This document shows, in pieces, positions 60,401-64,000 of a stretch of 64,000 bases of DNA (the stretch's first letter is position 1; each line of letters starts with the position of its first letter). Both the position numbers and the translations under genes were made by a program. Source of the DNA: Monocercomonoides exilis PA203 (lineage: Eukaryota; Protista; Preaxostyla); NCBI GenBank assembly GCA_001643675.2, contig LSRY02000025.1, positions 1 to 64,000 on the forward strand. Direction: 5' to 3'. The notes beneath the pieces are model-generated. The model did not search any database, was not told the DNA's origin, and worked only from the letters and a program-made list of their open reading frames with translations.

Positions 60401-63400
60401 TCTCCTCCATTTTCATTCCCCACAAATCCAGTGGAAGTGAAATTGCTCCACAAATAGACAAGCAGCGGTATGTCCAAGTTCTCATTGGTTGTCGAGCGTT
60501 CTCTGCCCATCATTGCATTCAAATCTGTTGGCAGTGAGTCAAAAACGAACGATGAAGAAGAAACAACACTTTTCAAGTTGCTTGCATCGACAAAGACAAA
60601 AGTCTCTTTTTCTCCTGTTTGTCCAGCAGTTTTCGTGAATGTCAACTTTTCAATGTGCAACGGATTGCCAGCTGAAGAAGATGGATCAATTGATTCATTC
60701 AATTGGAGATACAGAGAAGCAGAGGCTGTGCCCGAAGATCCGCTGCACTTCGCAAATGATGAACTTTTCACAGAGAAAGCATTTCCTTGTGTCATTTTCA
60801 CAAATCCCACTGTTCCTGTTGAGCTAGTTGATGAAATATCATTGAAAGTTGATCCTTCAATTGACAGTGAATCGCATTCATTTGAGTTTATAAGCACATC
60901 ACTTCCCAAAACAATTGAAGAAAATGTGGATCCAATAACACTCAGCTCAGCATTTGATGAAGCTTGAATAACACCTCCTTCATGTGCTGAAGAAAAAGAC
61001 ATGCTTTGAATGCTCGTCTGCTGCAGAGAAAATATCCCTCCTGTCAAAACAGCAAGATTGACAACACAGCTCTTCTTTGTTTGAGCATTTGCCTCACCAA
61101 AATCGCAGCTGGAAACAGTTATCTGCCCTGCTGATTGAGTAAACAATGCTTTCACAGCAGATGGAGCGCCTTCACTTGGAAGATTAAAAATCAGGTTGTT
61201 ATATGCGACAGAATCAGAAGCAGATGCCGTGTTGCATGTGAATTCAGAGTCAATAGCGACTTCAACAGAAGATTTTGAAGAAGAAGAAGAAGATTGAAAA
61301 GAAAATGATTTTTCGCTCAAATCAACAACTGTATTCACAGAAAGTTTTGAAACAATTTTGACAATATTAACATTTTCGCTGAGGCGATTCATTGCCTTCA
61401 GAAGAGTTGAGCAAGGCCATTGAGAATAACCACATGCATCGTCTTCATCTTCACTGACACCATGTGATGAATCAACATACACAGATTTATCAGAAAGTGG
61501 AAAGAAAAACGGATACAGAGAGAATTCATCGCTTGTTCCAGAAGGAGAAGGAGGAGAAGTTACACTGCCATACAATGCATTCAGTGACATATCAGATTTT
61601 TTTGTATCACTCCAATCCCAACCAGATACGCAAGTCTTCAAATTTTCATATAGAATATACACATCTGTTCCCTTTGCTGCTTTGTTATCTGAGAAAATCA
61701 GTTGAGTCAATTTGATAGCATTTGCACCGATTTCTGAAGAGCCTGTAAGTAACAGATAGACAGCACCTCCTCTGCCATTCGCTTCTGATGCTTTGCAAGA
61801 AGAGAAAGTGGAGTTGTGAATCATCAAAAAGGGAGAAGAAGAAGATGATGATGATGAAGATGGAATTGTGATAGAAAGTGCTCCTCCACTCAAAGAAGAG
61901 GAAGAAGAAATGGATGAAAATGTGCAACCTTCGATGGAAACAGAGTTAGCTGCACTGATTGCAATAAAAGGAGAATTCGATGCGTCATTTGAAACTTCTG
62001 TGCCTGCATTCAAAGACGAAGAAGATGATGGTGAAGTCATTGAATTTTTCATTGCACCGCTTCCTGTTTGAATTGACACATCTTCAAACTTGCAATTTTT
62101 CATTGAAAAAATATGCGTTCCACTTTCACAGCAAATGAAAGACGATTTTTGGAGAATTTTCTCTGCAAAATTGAACTCAACGTTTGTCAGTGCAAGTTGT
62201 CCTGTTGTTGCTTTGACGAAAGCATTTGAGCTCCACTCTAATCCTGTAACAGAAACTGTGTTTAATGAAAGCTTTCCTCCATTTCCACCTTCGCCTTTGT
62301 CGAGAAGAGAAAACATGGCGTCGGAAAAAGTCGTCGAAGAAGCTGCAGTTTCAAAGTCGAAATTGCATGATTCAAATGAAAGTGATCCCAATGAAATCGA
62401 AGCAAAAGAAGATATTTGAGTTACGCTGGCTTCCCATTTAAATATTAAGTTTGAGAATACCAGCAACTTATTTGCATCTGCAGCATCATCGTTTGCAAGC
62501 GAGCCTGTTCCAGATATCTTCACACACACTGAAGAATTCGTTTCGGACGGGCAAATCTCTGCTTTTCTCCCGCAGATCTTCCATTCTTCAGTCAATTCAA
62601 CTGAATGAATCACAAACACAATGTCATCCTCGCTCAAAGCAGAAACCGCACCATTTAAAGTTTTCTTTGGGCTTTCCGCTGAGCCATCATATGCATCGTT
62701 TCCTGAAGCATTAACATAAATAGCAACGATGCATTCTTTTGATGAAGGGATCTCAGAAACAGAGAATGAATTGTCAACAATAGTGCCGTTTTCGTCAGTA
62801 AATAAAATGCTTTTTGGTTCGTCTGTAACTCCTTTCAAGGAAGCAAAATTATCGGGAGTGATAGGATATTTTTCTCTGTTCCAGTTTGTTACACATAAGC
62901 AGTGCCCTCCTTTATCAGAATTTGTTGAGCAGCTGTCAAATGTCAAGCATTTTAATATAAATTGGTTTTCGAATTCATTGTTTGCCTTAAAGAAAATTGC
63001 TCCTCCTTCTTTGTTGGAAGTGCATTCGGAGAACCGACACCCTGTAATTGTTAATTTTCCTTTTCCAATATTTCCAGAAATCGCACCTCCGCTGCCTGCT
63101 GTTGATTTGCAATTGGTAAAATTGCACTTTGTAATATCAAGTGTAGAGCCAGCGAGTCCAATGTCAAAGTTTATTACAGAACCATCTGACTGCCTTGATG
63201 TTTCAGAAAATTGTGTGTTTTCAATTATAACTTCGCGAGTTCCTTTCAGTTCAATTACAGGCTTATCAGAATTCATAGTGATCGTATTAAATTTACAATC
63301 TTTTATTGTAATTTTTCCATTTTGTCCAAAAATAAATTTACCGTTGTGATTTATATTTGTCCATGAACAATTTTTAATCGTAAATGAATGTTGTTGATCC

Positions 63401-63612
63401 ATAACTTCAACCAATACCCTTTTTCCACCAATATTTTCATAGTTTTTATTCTCAGCGCTCACTGTATTGCCAGTATCAGGTATAACTGGCCAATCAGTCC
63501 AATATTCGTTGTTTGCTCTTTTATGCCTCAAAAAATTCTGTAAACTAGCATCGTTTAATTGTTCGGAGATAATTGTAATTGCAAAAACGAAAAAAAAGCA
63601 AATTATTCTCAT
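54496..63612 (-). CDS. 3038-aa receptor-like protein: signal peptide, multi-module beta-helix-like ectodomain, single TM, pseudokinase C-lobe
   Basis: Uninterrupted ORF starting MRIICFFFVFAITIIS. Repeated GGAI/GGAV...F..C motifs and four CG....PC.T module starts. TM WMIAFIIAIVLVLILLILIIVQIAW. Cytoplasmic LANLSPHCILF, RWKAPEL, FSVGMMLWEIST..VPF and CLS....RPSL. Confidence 0.92.
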   Translation of the reverse strand: MRIICFFFVFAITIISEQLNDASLQNFLRHKRANNEYWTDWPVIPDTGNTVSAENKNYENIGGKRVLVEVMDQQHSFTIKNCSWTNINHNGKFIFGQNGKITIKDCKFNTITMNSDKPVIELKGTREVIIENTQFSETSRQSDGSVINFDIGLAGSTLDITKCNFTNCKSTAGSGGAISGNIGKGKLTITGCRFSECTSNKEGGAIFFKANNEFENQFILKCLTFDSCSTNSDKGGHCLCVTNWNREKYPITPDNFASLKGVTDEPKSILFTDENGTIVDNSFSVSEIPSSKECIVAIYVNASGNDAYDGSAESPKKTLNGAVSALSEDDIVFVIHSVELTEEWKICGRKAEICPSETNSSVCVKISGTGSLANDDAADANKLLVFSNLIFKWEASVTQISSFASISLGSLSFESCNFDFETAASSTTFSDAMFSLLDKGEGGNGGKLSLNTVSVTGLEWSSNAFVKATTGQLALTNVEFNFAEKILQKSSFICCESGTHIFSMKNCKFEDVSIQTGSGAMKNSMTSPSSSSSLNAGTEVSNDASNSPFIAISAANSVSIEGCTFSSISSSSSLSGGALSITIPSSSSSSSSSPFLMIHNSTFSSCKASEANGRGGAVYLLLTGSSEIGANAIKLTQLIFSDNKAAKGTDVYILYENLKTCVSGWDWSDTKKSDMSLNALYGSVTSPPSPSGTSDEFSLYPFFFPLSDKSVYVDSSHGVSEDEDDACGYSQWPCSTLLKAMNRLSENVNIVKIVSKLSVNTVVDLSEKSFSFQSSSSSSKSSVEVAIDSEFTCNTASASDSVAYNNLIFNLPSEGAPSAVKALFTQSAGQITVSSCDFGEANAQTKKSCVVNLAVLTGGIFSLQQTSIQSMSFSSAHEGGVIQASSNAELSVIGSTFSSIVLGSDVLINSNECDSLSIEGSTFNDISSTSSTGTVGFVKMTQGNAFSVKSSSFAKCSGSSGTASASLYLQLNESIDPSSSAGNPLHIEKLTFTKTAGQTGEKETFVFVDASNLKSVVSSSSFVFDSLPTDLNAMMGRERSTTNENLDIPLLVYLWSNFTSTGFVGNENGGDFSGCGFSEAPCETINHILNLRFNTFTADNSVVKVKTLSSIDKPLHLSSSNKKLSLESSEGESTVSITDTDASNSKQCFFSVAMDFSISKITLSIPENLNASRASLFDCSAQTLSFRNSHVVMAQSVTNINYDVIVVEGAGCLNVDYLSMDDVYPASEKHFIAYRTTDESSVSGVISFLTGSFTTNQGTSEIILIEGKTKCEIKNATLSHESNSECSVIKVTSSKSLTINNNTFKQCRAISANGGAILIEESKATDFTSEITVNNCVFEECETFVSNGKGGAIYAHPVASTKLIISSCSFKSCKAPAYPPTMIGYGGGIYLDLAANSNNFVISSPTFGEGDKVNVASFGKDLFASSASLKDSITEQTLPFAKQISIENVDSMKGFDGSDKDNAIPLVYFFHSYGDVPYVGEDGVDVVVCGFTAYPCKTVQKALGKIESAEKKQVFVMEGAKIDGELAIEEIEHLIIGNGVSQQADPVPPKQKLIIANGGTSTKGLINVKVKCTFEYVSLNIPPSFEYHTSLIELSVPVSNLILNNDDFVFSSECNTLIINALQGSVSIINCELNGQNLKSSILAISSSAVSGTIDNFKVDGITLSDSPLIALSPAPSASASISSSNAQFSVENDRRTNNQCIVSVTNSNFTNIGLSQNAGGCVISPNPKSNFEAINCIINGTQFSTCSSSSDTGGAILFNHPAPDGSLRIEECSFTQCSTSSNNGRGGGLYLDCVPNKPPSPQTESPKLNFYMRAVNFSMNSAKEGNDFFIYCNNINEQVTNSLFSLDYSQSSFSDDKAFCGIDISQEVINILSLIRFYRSEQIFVTSSDSLDNNTCGSVKSPCQTVSEGVKHIDEGYARFLWILDEAEVGGEAVMDDLTVRSRLKENCRIILSKEYASTSADSSLIQTADDVVITLCDFAFGSAFQSKHVSVLNQINGTTSITQCSFTGEDETVAIHSALFSVQKGRLDILKTSISLLTVGGSLIRTEQEGNALLSNSTVSNINANNGILDGKQGNASLERVNITNCNSNFSIFAFSSQSCGSLLKVKISTIEIKDGAVILINADKNPDDISSHSSFSALQLPNEEAINHALTINTLTVEHVKRTTNGACVISASGESTLLSSSSSLSSPYSSLSASNPFTLQFTNCSFIDCYSPSTKGSIASFFSCPDIQLHDCLFDGSTVSAAATTTSNNKNAKVNDDKRKRISNAKLDDPEICTWQGSLLHLEQSNAVIEIATFANSAKGGLSITKSNATLSKSDFEGNKPNIPGFESVNRNIHCVGQESMLTVENVDGSGDESDAATSSLWILNEGCKLSGAAADRQSPFFIPSLKRATNRTVGDNREIAVSGSLLIPCDLSFRIIYDHSSSSEIVNHEFSSFVSEAEAIATVPEAEIAEKGDKSVMSVQLVFNEKNGGNPSYSTILMLQNTTVADSPDDGRISQVNNGGNSTWMIAFIIAIVLVLILLILIIVQIAWKKRKGNKAENQMMYLKEIEMENEDMMDNPLNGTRKAMNKMGTMDLRCADGTTSEILLGNSSDSYNSKDALLPNMSSTVEIAGLDTIDVATLKREGMDGRGGGGRWRSGDETTSTATSELDSFSSCASDMAPTTSSISNLIEGMSCETPFEKIIVDLRDSLFVHVHQPSQIPTHDGDPRPTKAFSYPSSSDARTESGKSGQDGKDSQQANNTALLATRKEQYASQVLFWALNGCQHLMEIDPKNAILANLSPHCILFGDEGVIVLGVELDDELTLGGGSRSRKGVSTATTTIGNRNGNERGGGASTKTGNLGTNTSSYDVLFTDDSLRWKAPELVKETSEANEKTLAFSVGMMLWEISTENVPFEDVDALTAAMKLASYELPALSEVFGEEMRKIIKQCLSRSQQERPSLIELKRMLISQFPEGMTAMTMSDAIDLDTTASERLMSDVEESEEEQNKSGYDDEEEEDNESYASESVAESIRTEKEEDDSASLKSGDSMFSSLKDEE

Positions 63613-63832
63613 TTTACAAAAGGGAAATGAGAATATCTTATTCTCAAAATTCTATCAAATTGAAATTATATTAGGGTATTGGATCATTTTATAAAATGTG
63701 GGTTGTATCAAAAAAATTAAAAGGCGCAAGCCAATTAATTCTTAAGAACGACCGGTTAATCTACAACACCTCTTGTTATGGGAGTAGACCCTTGTAATAA
63801 CGGGACTAGTCGATCAAAAATGTTTTTATTTG

Positions 63833-64000
63833 ATGATCCCGCAAAGCACAATTGGACTCGCGTCGGGAGCGATGCCTGGAATTCAGGCCGCCGAGCCAAC
63901 GAGCGGTGGGGCAGTCTTTACATCCCCCTCCAGTGCTTCTGCTGCGTCACAGGAAAATTTACTTCTTCCTCCAAGTTTTAATTCGCAAATAACTCAACCA
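63833..64000 (+). CDS. 5' start of an ORF running off the window
   Basis: ATG 63833 is open for 56 codons to the edge (MIPQSTIGLASGAMPGIQAAEPTSGGAVF...). GC-richer than its flanks and divergent from the receptor gene. Confidence 0.35.
   Translation, partial: MIPQSTIGLASGAMPGIQAAEPTSGGAVFTSPSSASAASQENLLLPPSFNSQITQP

Noticed and set aside
54489-63349. Numerous antisense ORFs over long genes (also over 12445-16197, 31271-33866, 38121-39538 and 41805-45797)
   Set aside because: Shadow ORFs caused by codon bias, with no domains.
63778-63981. GC-rich patch as a structured RNA or 67-aa ORF
   Set aside because: No snRNA, SRP or RNase P/MRP motif recognised. It is better explained by the frame open from 63833 to the window edge.
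1-64000. CRISPR arrays, tRNA, rRNA, telomeric repeats
   Set aside because: None seen by eye. A covariance-model scan would be needed to fully exclude small RNAs.

Overview
AT-rich eukaryotic genomic DNA with short spliceosomal introns and the standard code. The expanded gene families resemble those I recall from the oxymonad Monocercomonoides (inference from memory, no search run). Positions 1-24642 form one giant inverted duplication: arms of about 12.3 kb, centre near 12285, left arm reaching the window edge. Each arm holds a decayed ORF, a receptor/pseudokinase-family pseudogene, a complete TA-flanked pogo/Fot1-type DD35D transposon with an intron, and a three-module type I surface protein gene; the two surface protein copies sit head-to-head. 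The arms differ mostly by homopolymer indels, so a fold-back read or assembly artefact is a serious alternative to a real palindrome. The unique part (24.6-64 kb) holds a calcineurin-like metallophosphoesterase, three hairpin/MITE-like elements, a 7-exon FtsX/MacB-type permease, a lineage-specific family gene with a GC-AG intron plus a pseudogene paralogue, CWC27, an SH3-SH3-pseudo-SDR fusion, a hairpin RNA candidate, a Pho80-like cyclin with long Ser/Glu tracts, microsatellites, and a 3038-aa receptor with a beta-helix-like ectodomain and a C-lobe-only pseudokinase. The best candidates for undescribed biology are the SH3-SH3-dead-SDR protein, the half-kinase receptor family and the unusual splice signals.
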